Below, one piece after another: positions 36,121-50,366 of a stretch of 64,000 bases of DNA. Source of the DNA: Dimorphilus gyrociliatus (taxonomy: Eukaryota; Animalia; Annelida); assembly GCA_904063045.1 (NCBI GenBank), contig CAJFCJ010000096.1:1-64000 (forward strand), read 5' to 3'. The translations under genes were made by a program, and so were the position numbers. Each line of letters opens with the position of its first letter. Within the stretch, counting starts at the first letter, position 1. The notes under the pieces were generated by a model, which ran no database searches, was not told where the DNA came from, and worked only from the letters and a program-made list of their open reading frames with translations.

Positions 36121-37299
36121 TATTAAATGTTTTAGATTTAATTTACCCAGATTCTTACACTAAATATGTCTTTTGAAATGTAATTCTTTTCAAATAAAAT
36201 TTTAACATACATTTTTGTCTTTATATACTTGGAAAGTATCAATAGTATTAACTAGGTCATTTTAAAATTACAGCAAAACATCTGTAATATTGAGACTTAC
36301 CTAATATATTGATTACTATAAGATTTTGCATCAGGGCATTTGCATTCCGACTTTTAGCTGAACCCCAATCAAGTGCCTTCTCACATTCCAGGATATTTTG
36401 ATGAATGGACAGTCTTTCTTGAACATTTATGTATTTAGTCTTTCTTATTAAAATATGTCATACCTTTTTAAAAATTAATATTTATTAGAAATATTAATAA
36501 TTGATAATGTGACAAACATAAGCAAATATTTGAAACATTTAAATCCAACTAATCAATCTAAGAGATTATCTAGATTGGTTTTTCTTTTTTCAAACTGAAG
36601 TGTATTTCAAAGATTCTAATTGAGGTAAGTCTTTAAACATGGTTTTCTAAATTTCATCTTCAACCAATCTCTCTTCAGACTTCTCAGAAGCTTCTAAAGT
36701 TTATTTTAAATTGAGTGTTGTTTTTATAGCCTGCTTCAGATTCCTTCCTTCATTAGAAAGGGAAAGTTTGTTTATGCAACAAACTTTGAACCCTTTTGTA
36801 AAACATATGATGGGTATATTTGTTTTTGTGGCTTTTGTGTGCATATCAAAGTTGTTGAGGTGCTAATAATCTTTCAAATTCAATATGAAATTTTTCATAT
36901 TTTTTCTTTTATTGCAATAAAAGATCGTATAATTTTATGCTTCCTTTTTTATAATTTAAAAATTATTGTCAAAAATATCAGAGAAACTCAATTTTTTTTG
37001 GTTTGATCTAAAGATATTTTGTGACATATGTTTACTGTTTTTACTTGGTCAATACTTAAATCATCAACAATAGAAGAGTCAGTGACATTATTTTCAAAGT
37101 CAAATAATAATCCTAACTGCAAAAATTCAAGAAAAGGATGATTTTTTTTATCTTATCCATAGAATTGTGCTCTTTGTAATGAACAGCATGGTATTCTAGT
37201 TTATCATACCTGTGTTCCTCAACATTTAATACCTGATCAAATAATGTGAGGCCCCTGTCCAAGCTATTGTCTACAATGCCAACAAGCAGATGGAAAGAT

Positions 37300-37500
37300 G
37301 ATTTGTTTTGCAAGTTATTGCAATTGATATTCATAGGCAACTGAAAGCTTTTTTTGGTAAAATAATATTTGATGAAAGTTCAGTAAGGAGGTGGGTTAGA
37401 GGATTTAAAAGAGGAAGAACAAATATATTTGATGATGATAGGCAGGGACACCCAAGAACAACCAGTAACAATGAAAATAACGAGAAAGTTATGACACTAA
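37300..37500 (+). mobile_element. Mariner-type N-terminal HTH relic
   Basis: IHRQLKAFFG..SVRRWVRGFKRGRTNIFDDDRQGHPRT. Confidence 0.65.
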
Positions 37501-38568
37501 TCACACATAATGGGGGAATAAGCAAGCCAGGCTTAGACATCTGAAACATTTGCTGCTGTTATTGTCTAAAATCTCTTTTTAAATGGTTCACTCAAAGATC
37601 CCACAGGCATAAACTTTTTGCTTGTTCTTCAGCGACCTTCACTTTTGAACCAGGAAAATATTTTCATTTTAAAAAATCTGAGACTTTGTCAAAAGAAACT
37701 CAACAATTTCAATTTTGAAGGTATCCTTCTTTCTACAATCTTTTCATTGGTGTTTTTTATTTGTGTCATCACATCGAAGAATGTTGAACTATTCTGTATA
37801 TTTAAATTATTACTTTCCAAACTTTGAAGATAGCTACCATTTTGAAGAAAGAAAAATAAAAAATTGGTCTTGAATTCTACTTTTACTTTTACTTTTTTGT
37901 AGACTATCTAATAGTTTAAAAAAATGCTTTGTCTAAACTGAAAGTAGAAATTTGTTATTTAACGGCCTATTATATTACATTTATAAACAATCTTAACCAC
38001 TTCTGGAAAAAATTTGACCCTGTTCTCTGGTATTGTAGTGTGATATTAACAATTTTGAATTTTAAAGTATTTGTCTTCCTCTTTGAGTTTGATATTAAAC
38101 AGAGTTTTAATCATATTAAAGAAAACCAAATATTGACTAACTTTGTTCGTTGAATCATAATAATTGACTTCTATTACTTTTTATCCCCAGACAGAATCTG
38201 TATTAAATTCAATTTTTCCTCCTCTGTAGAGCAAGATTTAAAAAATTTAACTGATCGAGCAGAAACTCTATTGTATTACTAATAAAAAATATTCATTTGT
38301 AAGTATTTTATTGTAAGTTTATTGTTTTTTATTTTTTTCAAAATAAAGTTTGACCTTGCCCTTGCTTTCAAGGTCAAAAAATTATTTAAAATATATGTGT
38401 CTTTTCTGTACGATTTTCCTCAATATCAATCCACTGTCGAGAATATTTTTTAACTTTAAATCTTCCTGTTTGAATTGCAATTTATTCAAACAAACATAGA
38501 AAGTATCAGTGGTTTTCTAGAAAAAATGAACAATATCTGTGTAATAAAAACTGGTAGGAAAAAAATTC

Positions 38569-41500
38569 TTATACATCAAGATATAAACTGTCCAATGAGA
38601 GCGTGGTGTCAATTGAAAAATGATGCTGATGAAGACGATTTAAGGCGAAAAAAATTGATTTTGAACACAAAAAATATCTAAACTTTCTAAATAATTTTAT
38701 ATTCAATTCAAATTTTGAATATTCATCAACATCTTCCATTGGAATTATTTTATATTGTTTTAATGAATTCAACAATGTTGTACCTGGATTCGAAAGGAAA
38801 TAAAATGATTAACAACCTGGAAATGAAATATAAGGATACTTTACATTTTAATCCTGTTTCTTCAAAGATCTGTCGAGTCAGCATTTGTCTATATATTTAA
38901 AAAATTAGATTACTGAGTACAATCGTAACAAAAACAAACCTTTCTTTCAATCTATTTAAATTTATTGATTCAATCTTTTTGAATATTATATCAATAATTT
39001 GGAAAAGTTCTTGAACAATTGAATTCAAAGGTAGAATCAATAGAATAGTCCATTTTAAAAGAGGATACGGCATTCGAATTTCCTCATACACCGATACAAA
39101 ACCTAGCAATTAAATTACTGTTGTTTAAAGATAGAGGCGAAAAGGGGTTATTAAAGGGGCGGATAAAATTTCTTACTTGCAATCGACATTGAAAACCAAA
39201 CAAGAAAATTCGGAAGACTGAAAGGAAAACACAAACATTTTATCCATATTTTTTTCCTTCCTTTTATCGTCCTCTTTGCCATTTTAAATTTGTCAGATTC
39301 GCTACCAAAACACAACACATGAACATCCACTAGAACGCAAATCATACTGATTATTGGAAAAGCTATATGGAATAGGACTAGAAAATAACTCCATTCAATT
39401 TGTCCATAATTTCCAAAATAGAAATTAAAGCAGAAAGGATTTCCAGCACGTGATTCCTTTTTTGAGTTAATGACATAATAGTACCAATGTCAAGGTCAAG
39501 ATAACATTTCAAGTTAAAAAAGAAATATTTACCCAAAATACAACTATTGGTACAATTGATCCAGAAAGTGATAATAGTATTGTTATAGTTGTTATTAAAT
39601 TTACATTTGCACTGAAAAGTCCTGCTTCCGTTCCATTATTAATGAAACTTTCATAACGTTCCGTCACGAGTAAAGTTATTGAAATCAAATTCAGAATTAA
39701 TGAAAATGTTAATACTCCACCAAGACATTTACATTGGAAACTCGATCTCCACTTTATGTCATTGTCCAGATAATTATTCTCATAATGTGAATGTATTAGG
39801 CATATGGCAAGTATATAACCAAAAATACCCAAATTACTAAGACACAATAGAGATTTCAAATATCCGCAATTTTCTCTTGCAACTAAAATATGAATTAGAA
39901 AAAAAAAATTTAAAAAACAACCAATTCCACCAATTGAAAACATAAGATATTTTTCAAATAAATCATTCAAAATGCTTGAACAGGTTAAAAGAGCCGAAAA
40001 ATATGGTTGACAATTTACATTAAATGCAATAAATTTCCATACAAGACAACACAACTCAAAACTATTTGAATATACTTCTCTAACATTTTTAATATAATTT
40101 AAAACGTTATCTTGAATTAATTTTTCAGAAAATACTGTTTTTTTTAAATTTAAAGATTTCAATTGAAGAAGATGACTGAAGGCAAACTTTTCAATTTTGA
40201 TTAAATGACAACCAATCATAATGAGAGTTTGTATTTTAGAATTGAATTTAAAATCTGGATTGTTTATCACTTGAATTCTAGTTAGGGAAATGTTGAGATG
40301 AAGTAGAAGTGTAGCATTCAATCTCTTCAGGGAAGACAATGATCGAATAGGATTTGATGAAATATTCAAAGATTGTAGAATATTGAATTTATGATGAAAG
40401 ATATGAGATTTTTCATCAATTTCATTATTCACTAAACATAAATAAATCAAATTTGGAAAAGATTTTCTTGAATATAGAAAATGATTTGAATTGTTTTCAA
40501 TTGTTAAACTCGTCAATTCCGTCGAATTTCTTGTCAAAATATCCTCATTTTCCGATTTTCCATCAATAATTATTGTTTTTAAAAATTCGTTTTTTTCAAT
40601 GCTACTCTTTGAATTTTCATTGTTTCCTAACCGGAAGTTACACAATAATGTAAATGTTTGAATTTGTTCACAATTCGGAAAAGATATTCTTGGTAGTGCA
40701 CACAAAATTTCATCATATCCACCCAGGCAATCAATGATACCGTCACAAATCTTTGATGTTGAAATGAATGTTCCTTCCGTACGACACTTGAATTGGCCTC
40801 TCAAATAGAAATTCTCTGCAAAATCAGTCAGTTTGAAGAAGAAGATAAAAATTATAGTTGTTTTCGTGTTTTTGTATCTAATTCTTACCTTTACAGTCAA
40901 GTTCGTCGTCTCCAAGGGGACAATGGTTAATACCGTCACAAATATTCTGAACTGAAATGCAATATTGTTGACGATGGCATTGATAAAATCCACCACTGCA
41001 TTGGACATTTGAACAATCTTTTCCCTGAATGTAGAGAATAGTTATTGGATATCCAATAGAAGTTTCTTCCATTTCGCAATTTGATTTATAAAATGAGTTA
41101 TAGAAATTGACACCAAATATATTAAAATAAGTGCTGTTAAAGTCTTTTTTATCATTACAATCTAATTTTCTATCTTGCAGATAAAAAATAGGAAGGCACA
41201 TATCATCACATTTAAACTGATAAAATGGTGAACATTCTGTAAAAGTACATCACGTGACAATAAATAAGTTGACAACATATAAATTGAACTACCATAATGT
41301 TTGGTTATCTGTTGAAAACGCCCAAATATTAAAAAAAAAACTGGTAAACAATGTGGAAAAATATAAAATGTGTCTATAAATTAATTTAAAATTTGTGAAT
41401 ATTTAAATTAGAATAAAAAGGTTAAGGCGTTTTCAACATCTTTATTCCTTCTTTGGGCATCTAAAATTTTTTCATACATAAGAGTTTCATCACTTTGATC

Positions 41501-44500
41501 GAAGCAGTTTCTCTCATTATTTAAAAACATTTCATTTTTTATACATTGTTTGCCATCTTGACAAAATCTTTCCTCGTTTCCGCACTCATTGAATTCTGTA
41601 TGATTGATAAAACATTTGTTATTAATTCGAAACAAAAATAATAATAGAGTGACACAACTGCAATTTTCTTCATCAGATGAATCTGAACAGTCATTGATTC
41701 TATTACAAACAACAATGGCAGAAACTTGCTGATCTCCCGAATTGCATTGAAATTTCTTATAAATTGCATTTGAACAAAACTTCTCATCGTCTCCACCCAA
41801 ACAATCGACAAAACCATCGCAAAGAAGTGCTGAATTAATCAGATACTCGTGACCTTGACAAACGTAACAATTGTGACATGTATCATTGTTAATGATATCA
41901 ATTCGTATAGTCGAATAAGAGTTCCGTCTTTCTGTTTAATCAATGAAAACAAATTGACACAACCCAATGGAAATTAAAAAAAAATACTTGGAATATAATG
42001 ACAAAATGCTACGTGATATAATGTATGATCACATTGCGTAATGTCAAATGATAGATGACTCTGACTGTCCTACAAAACAGAAAAAAAGGTGATTGAACTC
42101 TGTTATATGTTTAACTTGTTGAAAATAGTTCATAGACTGGTTATCTGTCTGTTTACAAATTTCTACCAGTTTTTTTCAATTGTATCAAGAGAAGGAAACC
42201 TGATAATAATTATGGAATAAACAATATTTTTGTTTTGGATTAATTTGCTTTTTTCTGTAAAATTCTTTTTGTAGATTTTGATAGATAACATTTTCAGTTG
42301 ATTTTGTTTGAAAGAGTGGCAAGTTTAATGTAAATCCACTTGATGTTGTAAACATTGTTTGATTTCTTACATTAACCATCTCTTTAACATCTGTAACCGG
42401 AAGTAGTTTTATAACAATAATAATTGAAAATATTTTAGCGTTCTTACTAAAAACCAGCTTGAAAATAATAATATTAAACAGTGTGTTAAAAAATTCTAAT
42501 ATAAGTTTCTTTTCAAAAGTTGGAAAATCTGTTAGAGTGAAATTAGTATCTTGGCATTTTTTCTCTATTGTGGAAATTAGATATTCCTGAGCAGGTATTG
42601 TTTTATAACAAATATCAAAAATAGAGATGAATGTGTCATTTGGACATTTTTCAATATATTCATTTGAACATTCAAGATCAGTCTGGACTTGAATCAAGTC
42701 ATCTCTGTTCATTTTTTAAGTAAAAAGAAATGATTGGTGGGATCTAATAGAAAGAGGAGGAAAATGTCAAAAGATATTGATATCCTTGACTTTTGACCTC
42801 CCTAATTTTTCCGCTTCTACCTACATGTGATGTTTAATTGTACAGAAATTAATATTAGTATTATTTGGACAAATAAAAGTTTCAAAAGTGGACTTGACAT
42901 TGTTAGTATTAATAATATTTGAGGTTGCATGAATAAATCCAAATTCAGAGCATATTTTTGATTGAGCTGAATAATGTAAATATCCAAAATTCGACCAATT
43001 TCCTTCAAAAAAAATGTAGACCTCTCCAGATATTCTCTCTGTAAAATTATTAGTTTCCGGATAGATTTCATTATCATTGTCAGTAATCATTTTGATTTCT
43101 ACAAAATGCAAAGAATATCTTCGTATTTTCTTTTAAAAATTATTCAAATTCTTACTTATTTCAATTTCTTGATATTCTATTTCTTGTTGGATTTTTTTAC
43201 ATGTTGGACGTATTAAACCAATATTTTGTCCTTTACGATTTTGAGTAATAATACAAGTAACATTCTTTGAATTGACTTCATTTTCAATCTTATTGCAATT
43301 TAACACTGGAAAACTGTTGTTCAACTGACAATAGAGTATAATTGTTAATTAATTAGGTTAAAATAAATGTTATGAATCTCATCTAGGCCTACATATTCAA
43401 TAGGTAAAGAAGTGTAATTATACCAGCTATTAGTTTTATTAAAAGTTTGGCAAAATATATTGCTAACTAATTCAAAATTGGAAAAAATGAATGGTAAAAA
43501 CGTTCCAAAAGTTTTTGAATCTATATAGAAATTTCCTTTTTCCTTTCCAAATATATTTTCAACAGAATAGAAGTAAGAGTTTTTTTCTTCATTGCTAAAT
43601 TTCTTTATTTTAAAATCTGTAATAAAAAAATAGACAAAAAAATTCAAAAATTGGTGTTAAAATAAAAAAAGAAAAAAAAAGTTTTCTTTTTACCATTTAA
43701 TTCATCAAAAAAACATTCAATTGTTGTTCGATTTTCAATATTATTTTTATGAATGCCAAGGTCATTATTGAATTGTAAATTAAAATTTGATAATGAGCAT
43801 AATTCCTCTCTACCAATACTCTTCTGGCTGGATTGTAATAGAGAATTTTTTGAATTATTCCTCAAATAAAGCCTATACAATGGAAATCTTGATGTCCGAT
43901 TATCAGCAATGGAAAATATATCTTTACAAATTTATAAGTTTTAAAGTTAAAAAAAAACAAACAAAACAAACAAACAATTTGAAGTTTTTTTAAAACATTT
44001 AATTAATAGTTTGTCAAATGATGTCGAATTTTCGAATTCTCTATATAAAAATAAACAGTTAGTATATAGGCCTATAATATGTTAACATATTCTAGAGCTT
44101 ATTACATTCCGTTCAATGTATTATCCTGGTTTGAAAAAACGCCAATTGGAGAAAAGTATGGCGTTACTCTTAAACAATTAACAATTGAATGTAAATCGTC
44201 ATAACCGAAATGATTACATAATTTATTGGAAAGTGTAACAGCTATATTTGAATATTTTACAAAGTAAATGTTCTTATCAAATTTCCTTTTGGCGGTTATA
44301 GTTATTAAATCGTAATTATTTGTTGTCTTATGAATGGAATGGAACCAGTCTATTTTGCTATGATTTTTTCCAAATTCTCTACACTCTACATTGACACAAA
44401 CTGGATCATCTCGAAAGGAATACATTTTAGGATAACAATTTTCAATACCATTGTCATTTGCTGTATTACAATTTTCAAATACCATATTAATCTTAAAAAT

Positions 44501-45587
44501 TTGTGGATACAAAATTAATTTTGGTGTCTTTTATGTTGAGTTATAAGTTACCTCCTCTTTAGGGTTAGAATTGCATTTATGAACATGCAAAGTGTTTGAA
44601 ACTAATAAACAAGCTGATTTGCAAGCCAATCGACTATCGACTTCAGCAAAGCACATAGTGTAAATATCTAAATTTTTTGATCTAAAACTAGTTTCAATAT
44701 ATCTGAAATTATTGATATAAACTTCCTTTTTAAATATATTTAAATCTAGAAAAAAAGATTATTCAAAATAAACTGGTAGATAAATTAATAGAAAAAAATG
44801 AACATTTTACCATTTAATTCTCTGTATGTGCATCGAGTTTGTTGGCCTTGCTTTTTTCGAATTTTTAACTTTCCATTTTTGTTCCGAATTAATATTGAAG
44901 AATTGACAGTTTTTTTCTCAATATATTCCAAAGTTTGAGTCATTTGTTCTAGTAAGTTGAATTCACTTTTTCTACAATATTCCTTTCGTCTATCACGAAC
45001 ATTGCCAACTTTATAAATGTTTTGTTGATACTTAAAAAATAAAAGATTTAAATGTTCACTTTCTCTTATAGTAAGAAAATCTAAAAACAGAATTTTTTAA
45101 TTTAATAAAAAATGGTTTTTGAAAAAACAAAAAAAAGAAACAAACAATTCCTTTTCCTTTTGAAACATTTCAATAATAATTTAGTATGACATTGATATAT
45201 CCATTTTCTGTTTATAATAAAGTATTAACACAAAAAGAGAACATTTAAAAAATTTGCTCTTTTTCTCTCTTACAATTTACAAGTTGATTCGTCAATCTTT
45301 ATGCATTTTCTTTCTCTAATATAATTACTTTCCGATATGAAAGATATAAACGAATCATAACCAAAAAAATCACATAAGTGATTTGTAATATTGTAATTAT
45401 GGATTACAGACGAAACGTCATAAACTTTAAACTTTCCAACCATTAATTTAACATTTCCTTGTACATAACTTTTACTGTATTTAGTGATATCCAACACCAA
45501 TCGTTTATGAAAACATTCACTGAATACAGTATGGAAAATATTTAAGAAGATAAAAAAGATTATTATTCTGCTGTTGAAATAAACCAT
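38569..45587 (-). CDS. GRL101/LGR-C-like GPCR B (paralog of A, convergent orientation)
   Basis: Signal MVYFNSRIIIFFIFLNIFHTVFS, SRCR-like exons (SGEVYIFFEGNW..KICSEFGF), CTL-like CPNDTF..DICY, LDLa repeats, LRR, TM3 LLVTERY and TM7 LPLNS. The 3' end is approximate. Confidence 0.85.
40112..40993 (-). repeat. 882-bp inverted repeat, arm 2 (partner 29999-30880)
   Basis: Reverse complement of arm 1; the first mismatch outside is 29998/40994. Confidence 0.9.
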
Positions 45588-46429
45588 AATTTTGCAGTAT
45601 ACAAAAAAACCTGCAATGAAAAAACAATTTTTAAAACAAAAATTAGCATTAAAAATTTCAAATATCAAATTTTTTAAAAATTTGTATAAAATTTTTTTTT
45701 TTGTAAAGAAGATTTTGGGAAATTGAAACTTGAGATAAAGAGTTGGATTTTTAAACTAATTAGATTTATCCCACTCTCTCTCTCTCTCTCTAAAAATATC
45801 TTTCACAACAAGTCTGTTTTATTAAATAAGAGAAATTGACTGAATTTAGTAAAAATGTGAGTTGTAATCAATGTGATTTCCTCCAGTTGTTTATTGTGAA
45901 CAGATTTGAATTTCAATAATTAAAAAATATATTTTTATATCATTTCACAAGATTTATTGACGCATAGGACATATTAAAACTTAGTTTTTTGTATTGGAAT
46001 GTCTCTATCAGTAATTTTGTGAAGTGAGCATTATTAGATATTTTGTTATACAAGAACACCTTTCCAAAATCAATATCATCTACATTAATGAATCCTTTAT
46101 TTTTGTTCAAAAGCTAGACGTAAATGAACACACTATTCAATCATTGATAAATAATTACATATTGAATAGAACTTTTTTAGGATAATGCACTGATTGTATT
46201 AAGACAAATGTTGAATTGTTCTAAATTAGAAAAGTAATGTATATGGACAACATTGACTAGTTTTGTTCTTTTGTTTTTTTGTCAATTAGATATAAAATAT
46301 CCAAGCCATTATTAACTTATTCAAAAGAGCGTCTATATCATCCAAAACAAAAAAAGATCCTTCACTTGGTTTGTTTTTTCTCATATACAATAATTTAAGT
46401 AAAGGATGAAAACTGTAAAAGGATTTTTA

Positions 46430-46739
46430 GATAGCGAAACACCAAATAAAAAGATAGAAATGAAAGACAAGGGAAATATTATATTAGGCTATAGTGCTAA
46501 TCAAAGTCTTGATTTTATACCTCCAAAGTAGAATACAAATACAAATATTGAAGCAGATATTAAAATATGCATGAATATTTGTAACTATTATCCAGAATGC
46601 AAGTATGTCAAAATAATAAAACACAAATCTCTTTTATAAAGCTACTCTTCCTCTTCTTTCTATAGGACTATTGATTTTGAACCTCTCACATTGACATGTT
46701 TGATGAAAAGTGTCTATTCTGGAAAGATAGCTCAAAACT
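46430..46739 (+). pseudogene. PAN-domain paralog, pseudogene
   Basis: ICMNICNYYPECK|TIDFEPLTLTCLMKSVYSGK has the same phase-2 intron as the 13874 gene. There is an upstream in-frame TAG, and the exon is cut by MITE 3. Confidence 0.6.
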
Positions 46740-46946
46740 GGGACCGGTGGAAAACGGCCATAAATGAAATATTTGAAAGTTAGATTTCAGCCTGGGAAAT
46801 GGTTAGGAGGAATAAGATAACTGTTGATATGTTCTTAGGAGGGTCCCATCTAAGGGTTAGGGGTATTCAAAAAGGTTAGGCAAAAACAAGGGCTGGGTTT
46901 GGGTTAGGGTAAAACCATAGATTTATGGCCGTTTTCTACCGCATCC
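46740..46946 (+). mobile_element. Mutator-type MITE, copy 3 (207 bp)
   Basis: 9-bp TSD CTCAAAACT (46731-46739 and 46947-46955). Confidence 0.9.
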
Positions 46947-47149
46947 CTCAAAACTGTTTCATTGATAGTAAAAACCTCAGAGAGTAAAGCATTACTATTA
47001 TTTTTTTGAGATTATTGTTTTCTAATTTTTCTCCTTCTCTTCTCTACTTTAACAGTTGTAAATTTTCAAAAATATCCAAGTACAGTATCTGCAACTGCTC
47101 CATACACTTCTGCAATATGGGGATCTGATAACAAAAGTGTGATCAGCAT

Positions 47150-47300
47150 TGAAGAATGTTTTAGAGTTTGTTCTACTGAAATTCTTTGCAGCAATGGCAC
47201 CTGCTTCAATTCCCCATTTTTCTTTAGAAATCTGTGTATTGAAAATACTTGGACAAATGGATCTTTTTCAATTATAAATGTACCATCAGAATTCAATATT
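47150..47300 (-). mobile_element. MULE transposase relic (first catalytic Asp region)
   Basis: SDGTFIIEKDPFVQVFSIHRFLKKNGELKQVPL. Confidence 0.7.
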
Positions 47301-48119
47301 TAGCTTTAGACAAAAGGAACATTTATCATATAGCCAGTTGAACCTAACCTTTACCCAACTATAACACTTCATATTTGGTCAGATCCATGAATGGCCTATA
47401 CACTTTAGGAAAGACAAAGAGAAACAAAGAAATTAATAAGTATACCTTTGTTTTTATTGACATGAAAAAGCTCATTTGAATATAAATGGCCTATGTTCCA
47501 AATAATTATCACCTATTAAAACGGAATTCCAGATGTTGATGATGCTATAAAACCTACAAAAGAAAATACAATAACATTTGGCCAAACATAGATTTGGATA
47601 GACATCCTTAAGGTTCATCTTAAGTACTAGTTAAGGTTTGGCCAAGTTATAATTTAATTAAACCTCCTAAATGTTGAACCTTGCAACATCCTGTTACTAA
47701 AGATAAATATGAACTAGACAGTTTGACAACTGTAATGTGATGATTGGATATCAGAGGCAATGATAATTAATCATGTATTTTTTTTGAAGGCTTTATCAGT
47801 TTTCTCTATGAAGTATTATTTTCTACCAGTTTTCTTAGAAGACTTTCTTCTAATAAAATCTTTCTAATAAGATAATATTATTCTGGTTAATGAAACTTTG
47901 GGAGAAGGTAATTTAACAGAAAAAAATCAGGTGAAACATCAATATTTATATCACTCTATTTAATAACTCTTTAATTTTTTCAGTTAAGATTATCATTTGA
48001 CTTTGAAAATAATGTAACTGACTCTTCTTTTGTTGATGAACAAAGTGCTGACTAAGAAACAAGAGTAGACATATGGCATGAGTATCTTTAGATCAAACCA
48101 AAGAATTGAGTTTCAGTGA

Positions 48120-48810
48120 TCTAAATATGGGAAATGGATTAGTAGAGATTTATAATGGACTCGTCCAAACGAATGTACAACTATTGGATAACTCTTGAAA
48201 AATTGTTCTAAAATTGAAATTTGTGAATTTAAGTCCAATCAAAATGCTGCCTTTGGTATATCCGATATTTGTATTGAACTAACCCAATCAACAAGCACTT
48301 TAAAAAGTCTTAACTTTTCAGAGTGTGACCCAATTGAAAATGAATGTACACAACATACAAAGATGCTCTACAATAGAAACACTTAAATTAGGATATAATA
48401 GTTAGATGGGAAATGGACTTTTAAAGATTTTTAGCCAACTGACTATAAACCATCAAATACACTAAATATTCTGATTCTTAATCAATGTAACCTAACTAGT
48501 TTTGAATGTAAAAGTATTAAAAAAAGACTGTAAAATTGTCCTAAATTTGAAAAATTAAATATTAGCTGGAATAATAATATTCAAGATGGAATTTCAGATA
48601 TTTGCACTGGACTTTTAAACTGTTCAAGTTGGTTGAAATATTTAAATTTTACTTTTTTTGTCTAAGTAACATTAAAAGTGAATTTATTGAAAATATGCTG
48701 AGTAAATGCTCAAAACTGGAAAAATTCAACATAAGTGATAATTCTGAAAAGGGAAATGGATTCTTTGACATTTGTAATGGACTCGTTAAATCATTATTAC
48801 CTTGAAATAT
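48120..48810 (+). pseudogene. Degraded RI-type LRR gene
   Basis: Fragments LKNCSKIEICEF, CSKLEKFNISDNSEKGNGFFDICNGLVKS with stops and frameshifts; same family as the TRIM-LRR repeats. Confidence 0.7.
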
Positions 48811-49229
48811 GTGTATTTTAGCCATTGGTATCATTCGAAATACCTTGAAAACTGGTAATAAATTGAAAATTGAATTTTGAAAAAAACACAATCCCACACG
48901 GACTAAGTCATAGATTTTGTAAAATTTTATTATTTTCAAAACTCAAAAATGATTTCCCCTTTTGAAGCTTTTAAAAAATGTTTAGAAAAATATTTAACTC
49001 TTACCAGTGTACTGCTCAGGTACATGTATAAGTTGCGTAAAATAATAGAGTTCAAGCATGTAAAATATAACCAAAGTGGTACACCAGTTTTTACAGTAAA
49101 ATAAATAGGCTTATAATAGTCATTTTCTTTGTTTTTGACAATCTACAGAGAAGAAGGAGAAAGAAGAATATTGTTTTCTCACAACAAGTGAGAAAAAATT
49201 TCTAGCTAAGGTAATTGATCATATGGAGA

Positions 49230-49400
49230 TGTCTTTGTTTCCAAAAGTTAATCAGTTTACAAAGAAACAATTAGGACTAACAATGAAGGTTGGCATAATA
49301 GGTTGAATAAGAATGTATATGCTAAAGGCTCCTTATACATATTAATTGATAAGTTAAAAAGAGAAATTTAGGAAAATTATAGACTTGTAGGGCTATTGAC
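49230..49400 (+). mobile_element. MULE transposase relic (C-terminal)
   Basis: IRTNNEGWHNRLNK-like motif. Confidence 0.55.
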
Positions 49401-49564
49401 TGATGATCTATTAGTTCAAACAGGTCAGGGAAAACACATCTCTGGAAAAAGTCGTCCCTATTTTGGGAAAACTGTCCCCTTTTCCAAAAGCAGCCTTTTT
49501 CACTTTTGAACAGAAATGAAAAGAAAACATGTAAATATAGTTTATGTAAAATGAAAAACTTTGT

Positions 49565-49700
49565 TTTTTAACTTGGCCACACCTAAGGAAAGCTAATTGA
49601 GTTATAACTTGGCCACTTTATAAGAGGGCTAATTGAATTAAAAGTGGGCCACACTTATAACTTGGTCGAAACTTAAAAAGGGTAATTAAATTATAACTCC
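49565..49700. repeat. Degenerate ~36-bp tandem repeat (3-4 units)
   Basis: Recurring AACTTGGCCA...TAATTGA.TTAT. Confidence 0.55.
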
Positions 49701-50366
49701 ATCAACCTCAAAACTTAATAATCAATCTTTTTTTAAACATTTTACTATATTACTGTATTAAATAAATAGAGAGAATAGCCTCTTTAAATTTCTCACATTT
49801 TCTCGTATTGTGCTTTCTTTCTTAAAAATGTTCTTACAACTCCTCCAAAATGATAAATATCTTTTCTGTCAGACTTTGTTATATTCTCTTTGAATCGAGT
49901 TATAGATAAAATGAATTTCTCACTTTTCTATTATGTCAAAAAAAATAATATAAGTATATTGGGGCTAGCATAAAAATTTAAAAGCATTAATTTACATTTT
50001 GATAGATTAAATCTGTAGAAAGGTCAAGGTCAAAACATAGATTAATTGCATGAATAACATTTAGAGATTGTGCAATATTTAATATACATTTAACAAATGT
50101 ATAGTTACAGAAGAAGTCGTTCGAAAACTCAATTTTTGAATTGTGATGAGGAAGTTGCTTATCAAAAAAGTACTTTTTATAATCATTTAGGAAAAAAGTT
50201 ATTACTATAAAATTTTGAAAGAAAAAATACAAAAAAAAGAAACATAGAATTGTTTTTAACAATAATTAATTTACATTTGTTTGTAGCCTCAGATTTTACT
50301 GATTGAATTAATTGAGATCTGTTTAAATGAAATTTTTTCAAAAATATTTGAAAATTTAACATTCAA

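Noticed and set aside
36180-38480. Scattered short ORFs between the GPCRs
   Set aside because: No recognisable motifs or consistent splice chain could be established by eye.
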